From the NCBI GenBank assembly GCA_965368975.1, contig CBDUPA010000005.1:192001-256000 (forward strand): a stretch of 64,000 bases of DNA. The letters are read 5' to 3'. The notes below the pieces were generated by a model. That model had not been told where the DNA came from, ran no database searches, and saw only the letters and a program-made list of their open reading frames with translations. Origin of the DNA: an uncultured bacterium (GTDB lineage Bacteria; Acidobacteriota; Thermoanaerobaculia; Multivoradales; JAHZIX01). The translations under genes and the position numbers were made by a program. This document shows, in pieces, positions 1 to 8,975 of the stretch. Position 1 is the stretch's first letter; every line of letters starts with the position of its first letter.

Positions 1-488
1 TGGTCGTCGAGCACACCCCAGCGGGCGCCGCCGGTGACGAAGGCGAGGGCGTAGATCTTGGATTTCGGGTACTCGATGATGACCACCCGCTTGAAGGCCT
101 CGGCCTGGTCCTGCGATACGGCCTCCAGGATTCCCTTGGTGCCGGAGTACACCGAGCGAGCGACCGGGATACGGTCGATGATCCGCTCCATGATGTGCAG
201 CACGCGGCGCCCCAACACCTTGGTCGAGAGCCAGCCGAGGAACATCACGATCAGGAAGGTGAAGACCACTCCCAGGCCGACCGGTCGAAAGCCCAGCTCG
301 GTGTCGAGCCAGCGGATCACCGGCTCGAAAGTGCCGTCCATCAGCTGTAGCAGCTGTCGCAGCACGAAGATGGTCAGTGCCACCGGCGTCAGGACGAACA
401 GTCCAGCCAGTAGTACGCGCCGAAAACGGGCACGCCAGTTCAGCTTCTTGTGGGGTTCGAGACCGGCGGGGAGGGTGTGCAGCGTCAC
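1..488 (-). CDS. DUF502 family membrane protein (3' end runs off the window)
   Basis: Not in the ORF track. Manual translation from GTG at 488 gives ...RFRRVLLAGLFVLTPVALTIFVL...IDRIPVARSVYSGTKGILEA...FKRVVIIEYP...ALAFVT, typical of DUF502. Confidence 0.85.
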   Translation of the reverse strand, partial: MTLHTLPAGLEPHKKLNWRARFRRVLLAGLFVLTPVALTIFVLRQLLQLMDGTFEPVIRWLDTELGFRPVGLGVVFTFLIVMFLGWLSTKVLGRRVLHIMERIIDRIPVARSVYSGTKGILEAVSQDQAEAFKRVVIIEYPKSKIYALAFVTGGARWGVLDD

Positions 489-531
489 CCGTCTAGCGTA
501 TCAACAAACGCCTCAGCTGGCCTGTTCGAGT

Positions 532-1311
532 TCATTCCGGTTCGCTGAAGCGCTCGACCAGCGGTGGCAGCTCGATCTCGTCGACTGCGATGGCCTGCAG
601 GCGATCCTGGAACGTCTGGACGGCCGCGCCCAGGCGTAGCTCCTGCGTCCAGTCGCGGATCTCTTCGTTCAGTCGTTGCTGCCGCAGCACCTCGCGGATC
701 TGACCGCGCACGTCGTTGAGCTGCGGGACTTCGGCGCCGGCGGCTTCGAGCTGCGGCGTCAGCACACTGCGGTAGTAGGTGCGGATGTCGTCGGCATCGA
801 CAAAGACTCGCGGTCCGAGGCGTTCCTCGACGTAGATCAAGACCAGGAGTTGCCGCGTCACCAACTGCCGCAAGGCGTCCTCGTCGAGGTCGAGCTGTCG
901 CAGGTGGCGGCGGAAGGCCTCGCCGCTGTCGAAGCGTCCGCGGATCCGTTCGAACTCGGTCTCGATCGCCGCCAGCGGCAGTTCTTCGAAGCCGAAGCGC
1001 TCGACTTCCTGGAGTCGCAGGCGGTCGTCGATCAACTCCTGCAGTACGCGCTGGCGAAAGGCGGTCGCGTCTTCGTCGGCAGTTGGCTGCGCCAGTCCCA
1101 ACGCGATCGCGCGCTCGACGTCCGATACCAGGATCGGAGCCTCATTGACTGTGGCGACGATAGCGTCTTCGAGCTGCGTCTGAGCTGGTGGCACCTGAGC
1201 TGGCGGTTCCTGAGATGGCAGGCGCGTCGGGGTCACGGTGATGATCGTGAGTAGGAGGCAGAGCAGGAGCCAGGGTGAGCGGAGATGGGGGGAGGGCTTC
1301 GAATTCGACAT
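532..1311 (-). CDS. SurA N-terminal domain (periplasmic chaperone-like) protein
   Basis: Signal peptide followed by IVATVNEAPILVSDV...VLQELIDDRLRLQE, and a C-terminal W..ELR helix as in SurA/PrsA N-domains. Confidence 0.75.
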   Translation of the reverse strand: MSNSKPSPHLRSPWLLLCLLLTIITVTPTRLPSQEPPAQVPPAQTQLEDAIVATVNEAPILVSDVERAIALGLAQPTADEDATAFRQRVLQELIDDRLRLQEVERFGFEELPLAAIETEFERIRGRFDSGEAFRRHLRQLDLDEDALRQLVTRQLLVLIYVEERLGPRVFVDADDIRTYYRSVLTPQLEAAGAEVPQLNDVRGQIREVLRQQRLNEEIRDWTQELRLGAAVQTFQDRLQAIAVDEIELPPLVERFSEPE

Positions 1312-1320
1312 GTCTGTAGC

Positions 1321-2727
1321 CTATCGGATCCGAGGCTTGCCGGATCGTCGCCTGCGCACGATGGCCGTGACTGTGGCCGGTCCACGGCGGTGGATCCACC
1401 ACACCAAGGCGATCGCCACCGCTCCCAGGCCGGCACACAAGCCCCACCACAGTCCCTGCAGGCCGAGGCCAGCGGCGTTCCCCCAGCCCGGGAGCAGGCC
1501 AAAGGCCAGGAGGTAGCCGAGCGGCAGGCCGATCAGGTAGTGACCGAAGAAGTTGAAAACCGCCGCTGGTCGCGGCCGACCCATGCCCCGCAGTACTCCG
1601 CCACCGACCACCTGCGCGCCGTCGAAGACCTGCGACGCTGCCATCACCGGCAGCACTGCCGCGGACAGCGCTAGCACCGCGGGATCGTTGGTGAACAACG
1701 CCGACAGCGGTGTGCGCCAGGTGAGGAAGACGACCATCCAGCCGAGCATCACGCAGCTACTCAGACCCAGTGCGATCCACGCTGCCTGCTGCGCCCGGGC
1801 TGGATCGCCGCGCCCGAGCAGATTGCCGACGCGCGTTACGGCACCCATCGACAGGCCGAGTGGCATCATGAAGGCCAGGGCCGAGAAGTTGAGCACGATG
1901 GTGTGGGTTGCCAGCGAGGTCTCGCCCAGCAGGCCAGCGAGGAAGGTACTGAGGATGAAGGCCCACATTTCCAGGCCCAACTGCGCTGCGATTGGGGTAC
2001 CAAAGCTGGCGATGCGGCGCAGGCCGGTGAGATCGAAGGCGTTGCGGCTCCAGCCGGTCCAGGCGCCACGCTGCAGGCGTCGGCGGACGATGATCACGGC
2101 GAGGCCGACGAAGAGGAAGATCTGGGTCAAGGTCGTCGACAGGCTGGCGCCCGCGACACCCATGGCCGGGAAACCCAGGTTGCCGAAGATCAGCAGCCAG
2201 TTGGCCACCACGTTGATGCCATTGGCGGCCACCGCGATCCACATCGCCGGCCGCATCAAGGATCGTCCTTGCAGCCACTGGCGCAGCGCGATGAAGCCGA
2301 AGAAGAACGGCAATCCGGGCAATTGCAGCACCGTGTAGAGGTGGGCCGTGCGCGCCAGGTGTGGTTCCTGGCCCAGCGTCACCAGGATCGGCTGTGTCCA
2401 CAACCAGAGCAGGCCGATCGGAATCGCCACGGCGACCGAGATCACCAGGCCCTGTTGCAGGACCAGGCTCAGGGTGTGCCGGTCGCGCGCACCGTGCGCC
2501 TGGCTGACCAGTGGGTCCATGCCCATGGTCATGCCCAGGCCGATGATGATGCCGGCGATCATCCAGCCGCGTGCCAAGCCGGTCGAGGCGACCGCGTGCA
2601 CGCTCACTTGCCCGAGCATCAGCAGGTCGACCATCCACATGGCCATCGACGCCAGTTGTCCGAGGGTCACCGGTGTTGCCAGCCGCACCAGCGCCTGGAC
2701 GTCGCGGCGCAGCGCGGAGTCGACCAT
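1321..2727 (-). CDS. MATE family efflux transporter (NorM-like)
   Basis: About 12 hydrophobic segments; VDLLMLG, PLVSQAHGA, RVGNLLG, FDGAQVV..GVLRGMG motifs. Confidence 0.92.
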   Translation of the reverse strand: MVDSALRRDVQALVRLATPVTLGQLASMAMWMVDLLMLGQVSVHAVASTGLARGWMIAGIIIGLGMTMGMDPLVSQAHGARDRHTLSLVLQQGLVISVAVAIPIGLLWLWTQPILVTLGQEPHLARTAHLYTVLQLPGLPFFFGFIALRQWLQGRSLMRPAMWIAVAANGINVVANWLLIFGNLGFPAMGVAGASLSTTLTQIFLFVGLAVIIVRRRLQRGAWTGWSRNAFDLTGLRRIASFGTPIAAQLGLEMWAFILSTFLAGLLGETSLATHTIVLNFSALAFMMPLGLSMGAVTRVGNLLGRGDPARAQQAAWIALGLSSCVMLGWMVVFLTWRTPLSALFTNDPAVLALSAAVLPVMAASQVFDGAQVVGGGVLRGMGRPRPAAVFNFFGHYLIGLPLGYLLAFGLLPGWGNAAGLGLQGLWWGLCAGLGAVAIALVWWIHRRGPATVTAIVRRRRSGKPRIR

Positions 2728-2729
2728 GG

Positions 2730-3764
2730 CTAGTTTCGAGGTAGCAGGTGCCGGAGGAAGGTCTGCTGGGCTTCGCTGACGCGTGACAGCTGCTCCTCGG
2801 TCAAGCCTTGCAGGCCGTCGATGCGCGCCGCGTCCCAGCTCTCACTCGCGCCGGTGCCACGGGTACCTGGTTCCGGACAGAAGGTGGCGCCGAAGAGACT
2901 GGCACCCGACAGATCGGCGCCGGTGAGGTTGGCGCCGCGGAAGTCTGCGCCCTCGAGATCGGCGTGGTGGAACGACGCACCCCGCAAATCCGCGCCCTGG
3001 AAATGGGCATTGGACAGGTTTGCACCGTCGAAGCGGCTACCCCGCAGCTGAGCCTGGGCAAAGTGCGCGTCGCGCAGCAGGGCGTCACGGGCATCGAGGC
3101 CGTCGAGCGGCATGTGCTCGGCTTGCAAGCCGAGTAGCTCACGTCCTTCGAGGTTTCTGGCGTCGAGCAGCCGTTTGACCTCGCGCCGGTCCAGGTTGGA
3201 GACGATGTAGCGCTCTTCCTTCCACGGATCGGCGTGGTTGTGGTAGCCCGTCTCCGCTTCCCAATAGCCCAGCCGATCTTCAGCCAGCACCTCAATGTGC
3301 TCCAACCACTTGACGCTCTTGTAGAAGTAGCGCCCGGGCACAATCGTGCGTACCGGCCCGCCGTGGATCTCGCTCAGTGGCGCGCCGTCATAGCGGAAGG
3401 CGAGAAAGGCGCCGAGCTCCAGCGTATCGGCCAGGGGCAGCGACGTGCTGTGCCGGCGCTCCGAACGCGCCACGAAGGAGAGGAACTTCCCTTCCGCCAG
3501 CGGTGCACACGCTTGGAGCAACGGCGCCAGCGGCAGGCCGTCGAACGTCGCGTCGAGCTTGGACCAGCGGGTGACGCAGTGGATGTCGACCGTGAACTCT
3601 TGCTGTGGTTGTGCCAGCAGCTCGTCCAGGGTCCACGTCCGTGGCTGCGCCACCAGGCCGTCGATGGTGAGTGTCCAGGGAGCCCCATCCGCCCGCGGCG
3701 CTCGCTCCCCGACGATCGGCCACTTGCCCTCCGCCGCGAGGGCCTGGTGCGGCGGTAACCTCAC
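2730..3764 (-). CDS. Molybdopterin-dependent oxidoreductase (sulfite oxidase/MsrP fold) fused to C-terminal pentapeptide repeats
   Basis: DIHCVTRWS, HGGPVR.IVPGRYFYKSVKWL, GYWE..GYH motifs, then A(N/D)LxG repeats. Start reassigned to GTG 3764, overlapping the metK stop (GTGA). Confidence 0.85.
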   Translation of the reverse strand: MRLPPHQALAAEGKWPIVGERAPRADGAPWTLTIDGLVAQPRTWTLDELLAQPQQEFTVDIHCVTRWSKLDATFDGLPLAPLLQACAPLAEGKFLSFVARSERRHSTSLPLADTLELGAFLAFRYDGAPLSEIHGGPVRTIVPGRYFYKSVKWLEHIEVLAEDRLGYWEAETGYHNHADPWKEERYIVSNLDRREVKRLLDARNLEGRELLGLQAEHMPLDGLDARDALLRDAHFAQAQLRGSRFDGANLSNAHFQGADLRGASFHHADLEGADFRGANLTGADLSGASLFGATFCPEPGTRGTGASESWDAARIDGLQGLTEEQLSRVSEAQQTFLRHLLPRN

Positions 3765-4882
3765 ACGTCGGCGATCTTTTCCCACGGGAACAAGTCGCGG
3801 CCGTAGTGGCCGTAGGAGGCTGTCTGAAAGTACTTCCAGCCCTTGGGGTTGAACAGCTCCAGCTGGTCGATGATGGCGTTCGGCGACAGGTCTGGGAACT
3901 TCTGGTTGACCCAGTCCGAGACGTCCTTGCCGTCCTGGATCAGGGCCGAGACCATCTCGGGCTGATGCTTGCCAATACCGTAAGCCAAGCGTACCGTGCA
4001 CTCCTTGGCGCCGCCCACCTGGTGCTTGACCACCGTCTTGGCGATGTGTCGCGCCATGTAGGCTGCCGAGCGGTCGACCTTGGTGGCGTCCTTGCCGGAG
4101 TAAGCACCGCCGCCCACCGGCACCAGCGGACCGTACGCGTCGACCACGATCTTGCGACCGACCACGCCAGCGTCACCGACTGTACCGCCGATGACGAAGC
4201 GGCCGGTGCCGTTGATCGTCACCTTCGCGGGGTTGATGTCGCCGACCACCGGCTTGACCGCGCGCTCGAGCAGAGTCTTGACCACGTGCTCGCTGCTCAC
4301 CTCGTCGGCATGCTGGGCGGCTACGATGACACTGGAGACCGAGCCGTCGCGGTCGAGCGTCACCTGCGTCTTGTGATCGGCGCCGAGCCACGCGAGCCCG
4401 TCCTCGTCGACCTGCAAGTGGCGCAGGGCCAGTGCGATGTCGCGTGCCAGGCGCCACTCCTCGGGTACCATCTCCGCGTTCTCGTCGCTCGCGTAGCCGA
4501 CCATCACACCCTGATCCCCGGCGCCGCCGTGATCGGTGCCAGTACCGGCGCCCTCTGCGATGTCAGGGGACTGCGGCTGGATGTGATCGATGACGGTGAG
4601 GATGTCGGGATCGCCGTAGCCGATGTGCTTCCAGGTCTTGCGCGCCAGTTGCGTCACGCTCAGCTGCGCCCACACCTCGTCGGGGAGTTTCACCTCGCCG
4701 GAGACTACTAGCAGGTGATCCTTGGCCAGACACTCGATCGCCGTGCGCGTCTTGCGCCGCGTCGCCGCATCGCCGCACAGACGGAGGACTTCGTCGAGAA
4801 TGCAGTCCGCGACCTGGTCGCAGAATTTGTCGGGGTGGCCGGCGGACACGTGTTCCGCGGTCCTGGCAAAGGGATGACTCAT
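3761..4882 (-). CDS. metK: S-adenosylmethionine synthetase
   Basis: GHPDK, GAGDQG, GRKIVVDAYG, GGGAYSGKD.TKVDRS motifs; GGAGAG RBS upstream. Confidence 0.97.
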   Translation of the reverse strand: MSHPFARTAEHVSAGHPDKFCDQVADCILDEVLRLCGDAATRRKTRTAIECLAKDHLLVVSGEVKLPDEVWAQLSVTQLARKTWKHIGYGDPDILTVIDHIQPQSPDIAEGAGTGTDHGGAGDQGVMVGYASDENAEMVPEEWRLARDIALALRHLQVDEDGLAWLGADHKTQVTLDRDGSVSSVIVAAQHADEVSSEHVVKTLLERAVKPVVGDINPAKVTINGTGRFVIGGTVGDAGVVGRKIVVDAYGPLVPVGGGAYSGKDATKVDRSAAYMARHIAKTVVKHQVGGAKECTVRLAYGIGKHQPEMVSALIQDGKDVSDWVNQKFPDLSPNAIIDQLELFNPKGWKYFQTASYGHYGRDLFPWEKIADV

Positions 4883-4892
4883 TGTTCACTCT

Positions 4893-4926
4893 CCGTAAGG
4901 CAGCTAAGGCCGTGAGGCAGCTATGG
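4893..4926. repeat. 17-bp tandem direct repeat (2 copies) abutting the metK RBS
   Basis: ccgtaaggcagctaagg / ccgtgaggcagctatgg. Confidence 0.7.
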
Positions 4927-5137
4927 CAGAGCGACGGACCGTCAGTTGTGAGGGGTCCGTGGCTGTCGTGCAAGCATCATGAGAAAGTTGGATTCGGCTT
5001 GGGCCGAGGGTGATCCAGGCAGCGGATCGATGGAAAACGCCGGGCGATGGTAGCACAAGTCTCCGAGCCGGGGCGGTCGACGCGCTACAATCTGGGCATC
5101 GTGTGATTCTAGTGGATCCGCGATGTAGGGTAGCCCC

Positions 5138-5614
5138 ATGCAAGTGCGCAATGTCCACACCCGTCGCCTCGACGTGCCCGCTTCTGCCGTCGGTGAACTG
5201 CTCGATTCTGCTGGCTCCAGGAGCGACCGCTTGTGGCCACGCGGCTGGCCACGCATGAAGTTCGACCAGCCGCTCAGCGTCGGTGTGCGGGGTGGTCACG
5301 GGCCGATCCGCTACTTCGTCGAGGCCTACGAACCTGGGAAGAACGTGCGATTCCGTTTCACCGGCCCTCGCGGCTTCGATGGCTACCATTCGCTCGAGAT
5401 CGAGCTGGACGGCGACGGGGCCTGTGTTCTGCGGCACGTAATCGAGATGCGAGCACGGGGGATTGCGGTCGTCACATGGACGGTGGTCTTCGGTCCGTTG
5501 CACGATGCGCTGATCGAAGACCTGCTAGACCGAGCAGAGCACGAACTCGAACTGGGGACGCCGCGAACGCCTTGGAGCCCTTGGGTGCGGTTTCTGCGTT
5601 GGGTGCTGCGGTGA
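5138..5614 (+). CDS. SRPBCC/DUF2867-like protein
   Basis: GGHGPIRY.VEAYEPG..VRFRF, LRHVIEM, PLHDALIEDLLD pattern. Confidence 0.7.
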   Translation: MQVRNVHTRRLDVPASAVGELLDSAGSRSDRLWPRGWPRMKFDQPLSVGVRGGHGPIRYFVEAYEPGKNVRFRFTGPRGFDGYHSLEIELDGDGACVLRHVIEMRARGIAVVTWTVVFGPLHDALIEDLLDRAEHELELGTPRTPWSPWVRFLRWVLR

Positions 5615-5647
5615 ACTGCTATTCCTTGATGTAGCGGGAAACCGCAG

Positions 5648-5863
5648 TCACGCGATCTTGCGCAGGACGTTCGCTTTCTTGCTCTCGATCGACCGCAGCA
5701 TTTCTTGCAGCGCGTCGACTTTTTCCACCTCGAAGAAAGGTTCTCCGCACTGCTGGCAAACTCAGGCTGGGACACGATCCAGCGTGACATGGCAGCCTTC
5801 ACGATCGAAGTGAAACGGAGCAGTTGCCCACTTCATCTGACCTTTACAGTGGAGGCACGTCAT
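5648..5863 (-). pseudogene. YgiT-type zinc-finger protein (putative antitoxin) with internal TGA
   Basis: MTCLHCKG...LDRVPA*VCQQCGEPFFE...LRKIA; the TGA at 5762-5764 sits at the usual Trp of VPAWVC and splits the two CxxC pairs. Confidence 0.8.
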
Positions 5864-6040
5864 TCTGTTCTCCTTCTTCGGAAGCTGTCGACCCAGTCCA
5901 GATGGTTTGATGACCGAGACAACCTCTGAAGTCGTGATCATTCTGTCGGGGCGAGACATCTGCTGGATAGCGTGAGGCAGAAACAGGACGCGTCTTGTTG
6001 CCGTGGTTCTTACAAGCTCAAGAGTACTGGCTGAATTCAA
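5860..6040 (-). pseudogene. DUF4258 family (putative toxin) remnant with internal deletion/frameshift
   Basis: N-terminus RVLFLPHAIQQMSRPDRMITTSEV; C-terminus HLDWVDSFRRRRTE* lies in another frame; central part missing; ATGA overlap with the YgiT gene. Confidence 0.7.
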
Positions 6041-6205
6041 TATCTGGATCCTCGGTTTCAGGATAGCAGAGGTAGTAGTCGTCGAAACGACGTTGGTATC
6101 TATCTAGTGCGCCGGTAGGTGCCTGGTGCGAGGTCAAGAACGCCCCTGAAACCGCGAAGTACTACAATGACGCCACCTACTCACATCACAGTTGGAGGAG
6201 ACACC

Positions 6206-6391
6206 ATGAAGAAGTCCCGCACACTCCGCACCCTCGACATCGCCGAGCTGACCTGCGTCCACGGTGCCACCGAATCCGACAGCCTCGAAGACGCCACCCA
6301 GCCGCAAGCCAGCCACGCTCGCCCGCTGACCGGCTTCTATGACGAAGCTATGGTCAGCGGTATCGGCGGCCAGATGCGGCCGAAGACCTGA
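6206..6391 (+). CDS. 61-aa small protein with double-glycine-type leader (possible peptide precursor)
   Basis: GGAGGAG RBS 5 nt before ATG 6206, GC3-rich codons, leader LRTLDIAELTCVHGA. Confidence 0.6.
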   Translation: MKKSRTLRTLDIAELTCVHGATESDSLEDATQPQASHARPLTGFYDEAMVSGIGGQMRPKT

Positions 6392-6404
6392 GCCGAGCAC
6401 GACG

Positions 6405-7946
6405 ATGGAGCGCGTCCGGGAGATGGCCAGGCGGGCACCCGAGCGGACCCACGAGGGGCCGGCCCGGACGCGACTTGTTGGCCTGGATCACCGCTTGGAA
6501 AGGGAGGCTGCTAGTCCTCGCGGCCGCCTGGAGCGGGAAGTGGGCTCATCGGGTTCCAGCAGCGATACAGCCATCGACGGTGGCGATGCGTTGGCGCAAC
6601 GCCTGAGCCTGTCAGCCGGTGAGCCCTTGCCGGGAAGCGAACGCCGGCCGCTCGAAGCGCGCTTCGGCTACGATCTGAGCCGCATTCGCATTCACCGCGA
6701 CGAGCGCGCTGCGCGGCTGGCGGAGTCGGCGTATGCGCGCGCCTTCAACGCGGGGCGGCATCTGGTCTTTGGGCGCGGTGAGTTCCGGCCGCAGACCCTG
6801 GCGGGGCGTCAACTTGTTTCCCACGAGTTGGCGCACAGTGTTCAGCATACACGGGGTCAGGTACCGGCAGATACGTTGTTGCGCCAACCGCAGACGCGAC
6901 AACAATTGCTCAAGCGCCTGGCGCAGAAGGAAGTTGAGCTGGCCCAAGTGAAGGCGCGCGCGGCAGCGCTGAATCCTGTTGCCGGGCTGCGAGCACGCGG
7001 TACGGTCTCGACCGGCCTGGTCGGTGGGGTGATGTCGTCCGCCACGACCATGCTGAAACGGGCGATCCGAGTGCGCCAGAGCGGCAGTACGGTTCGGCTC
7101 GCGGCTCGGTTCCAGATCACCTTCTTGGGGCAGGGGGTCAAAGCTGGGCAGCAGCGAGCGCGGCAGGAGATTCCGCGCATTCAGCAAGCGATTCGTCGCA
7201 GCTGGACGGTGAAGATCACCAAGGGCGCTTACGCCGGCTATACCTTCATTCTCGCTCCGAGCATCACCTACCGCCCGCCGACGCAGAAACGGGACCAGAA
7301 TGCGTTCCAGATCCAAGTGCGGGCCAAGGACGATGGCAAGGGTTCGAGCGGGACCTGGTGGAATGGCGTCATCGATCTGAACCCCGTCCACCTGCAGGGA
7401 AGTCGTGTGGTCGTCGTGGCGCACGAGGTGGCGCATCTGTTCGGCGAGTTCGATGCCTACCTTAAGGTTGTCAACGCCAAGAAGAAGGTCAGCTGGGCGG
7501 TGGGTAGGCACGATCCCCAGAATCGACCGGATCTGGTCGGTTTGATCGATCCCGTCGGTTTGAAGAACCGGCTCGAGCGCAGAGAGATCACGCAGAAGGA
7601 GTACCAGCGCCAGACGGGCAGTACGCCGAAGGTGTGGGAAGAGGACGCCAGTCGCTACCTGGCCGCGTTAGGTGTCAAGCCCTTGGCCAAGCGTTTCCAG
7701 CAACAGGCGGCGCAGCAGCTACACTCGGATGTCGTGCAAGGAGTCGTGCCGGAGTTCGAGCGACGCCGCGACATGATCGAGGTGGGCACGAAGATGCAGA
7801 AGTTGGAGCAGCTACGCGCCAAGCGAGGCACCTACACGCGAGATCTGACTTGGCTGCAGACGGTCGAACGTGTCCTGCAGCTGGAGAAGGAAGTGAAGGC
7901 ACTGCGCCAGCAGATCAAGACGGCACCCAATGCCTCGTCACCTTGA
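6405..7946 (+). CDS. DUF4157 (eCIS core) protein with C-terminal zinc metallopeptidase domain
   Basis: LEARFGYDLSRIRIH...ARAF...HELAHSVQ, LLRQ junction, second motif HEVAHLFGEFDAY. Start codon uncertain. Confidence 0.85.
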   Translation: MERVREMARRAPERTHEGPARTRLVGLDHRLEREAASPRGRLEREVGSSGSSSDTAIDGGDALAQRLSLSAGEPLPGSERRPLEARFGYDLSRIRIHRDERAARLAESAYARAFNAGRHLVFGRGEFRPQTLAGRQLVSHELAHSVQHTRGQVPADTLLRQPQTRQQLLKRLAQKEVELAQVKARAAALNPVAGLRARGTVSTGLVGGVMSSATTMLKRAIRVRQSGSTVRLAARFQITFLGQGVKAGQQRARQEIPRIQQAIRRSWTVKITKGAYAGYTFILAPSITYRPPTQKRDQNAFQIQVRAKDDGKGSSGTWWNGVIDLNPVHLQGSRVVVVAHEVAHLFGEFDAYLKVVNAKKKVSWAVGRHDPQNRPDLVGLIDPVGLKNRLERREITQKEYQRQTGSTPKVWEEDASRYLAALGVKPLAKRFQQQAAQQLHSDVVQGVVPEFERRRDMIEVGTKMQKLEQLRAKRGTYTRDLTWLQTVERVLQLEKEVKALRQQIKTAPNASSP

Positions 7947-7969
7947 GGGTGCTCTCGGTACTTGTCAGC

Positions 7970-8764
7970 TCAAAAACAAGCCGCTGTCCGGAGTCCTTCT
8001 CGATTCGCTGTCGCCGCCGCGACACGCGGCATGGGGGCCAGCTCAAGCGACGGTACCAGCGCCAGTTCGAAGCTCAGTGGCAGGTCCGGGAACAACATGG
8101 CGGTGAACGGTTCAGGCCAGGCCTCGCCGCTGCGTAGCGGGAATGCGTCCATCAAGACACCGCTGTCCGCGACTTCGGCAGCCATCGGCCAGGCCTCGAC
8201 GCGTGGCATGTAGAAGGTCTCGACGCAGCGCAGCTTGCCACCCTTTTCGAAGTAGCTGCGGCGGCGCTGCTGGAAGTAGTCGACGGCGTTGCGCCAAGTG
8301 GGGAAGAGCGACGACAGGCCGACGCGTGGCGTTGCCTGGTGCGCGGCGACGTCGAGGCGGCCGGCGCGGCAGCGGACGTTCCAGGTCCACTGGTCGGCCT
8401 CCAGCTGACGTGACGGGCGGTCGAAGCGCAGCGCCGCCATTTCGGCTGGCTGGTGCGTGAGCAGGCGGGCGGCCGGTAACACCCAAAGTGGCACCAACAT
8501 GCGGCGAAAGTAGAGAGCGGGTTGGCCGTCGCCATCGAGCACCGCAGCGCCCAGGCTCAGCTGCGGGAACGTCAGCCGTACGAACGGCAGCACGCCGGGA
8601 CGGATGCCGTGGTGGTAGAACAGCAGGGCCGTCACCATGACTTCGCGCTGGCTGCCCAGTCGCAAGCAGTCATAGCGTAGGGGGTCGGGGGGAGCCGGTA
8701 GTTGCTCCGCGGGCAGTGCCCAGTTGAGCAGCAGACAATCTCGGACCAGGGTACGCAGGATCAT
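7970..8764 (-). CDS. DUF2071 (YqjF-like) family protein, divergent
   Basis: RDCLLLNWALP...LP.PL, TFPQLSL..AV.DG.GQPALYF pattern. Confidence 0.6.
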   Translation of the reverse strand: MILRTLVRDCLLLNWALPAEQLPAPPDPLRYDCLRLGSQREVMVTALLFYHHGIRPGVLPFVRLTFPQLSLGAAVLDGDGQPALYFRRMLVPLWVLPAARLLTHQPAEMAALRFDRPSRQLEADQWTWNVRCRAGRLDVAAHQATPRVGLSSLFPTWRNAVDYFQQRRRSYFEKGGKLRCVETFYMPRVEAWPMAAEVADSGVLMDAFPLRSGEAWPEPFTAMLFPDLPLSFELALVPSLELAPMPRVAAATANREGLRTAACF

Positions 8765-8975
8765 GGCTTCACGACGCTGTTGACGGTAGTACCGAGCAAA
8801 TCTGGACGCGATCAAGCTGCTGGAAGTCGTTCAAACCGTGGTAAGAAGTGGTCCAGGGCAAGAAGAGTCTGAGGTTTTCGAAGGCTCTGCCCATTGCAGA
8901 CAAACATATCCCGCGTGGCTCCAGGCTGCAAGCTGGTGCCGCGATCCCACATCGAGTCCATCTACGGAGGAATCC

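Noticed and set aside
3765-4001. ORF-track extensions of the Mo-oxidoreductase (likewise MMPL 13382-13579 and 45923-46441)
   Set aside because: They overlap well-supported upstream genes; internal starts with coupling or RBS fit better
4883-5137. Canonical SAM-I riboswitch upstream of metK
   Set aside because: The consensus core elements (AUC...GAG, GCAACC, GUGC, GAU) were not found in order by eye
5762-5764. In-frame TGA as selenocysteine or recoded Trp
   Set aside because: It aligns to a Trp rather than a Cys position, TGA terminates many genes in this window, and the neighbouring gene is also broken; a nonsense mutation is simpler
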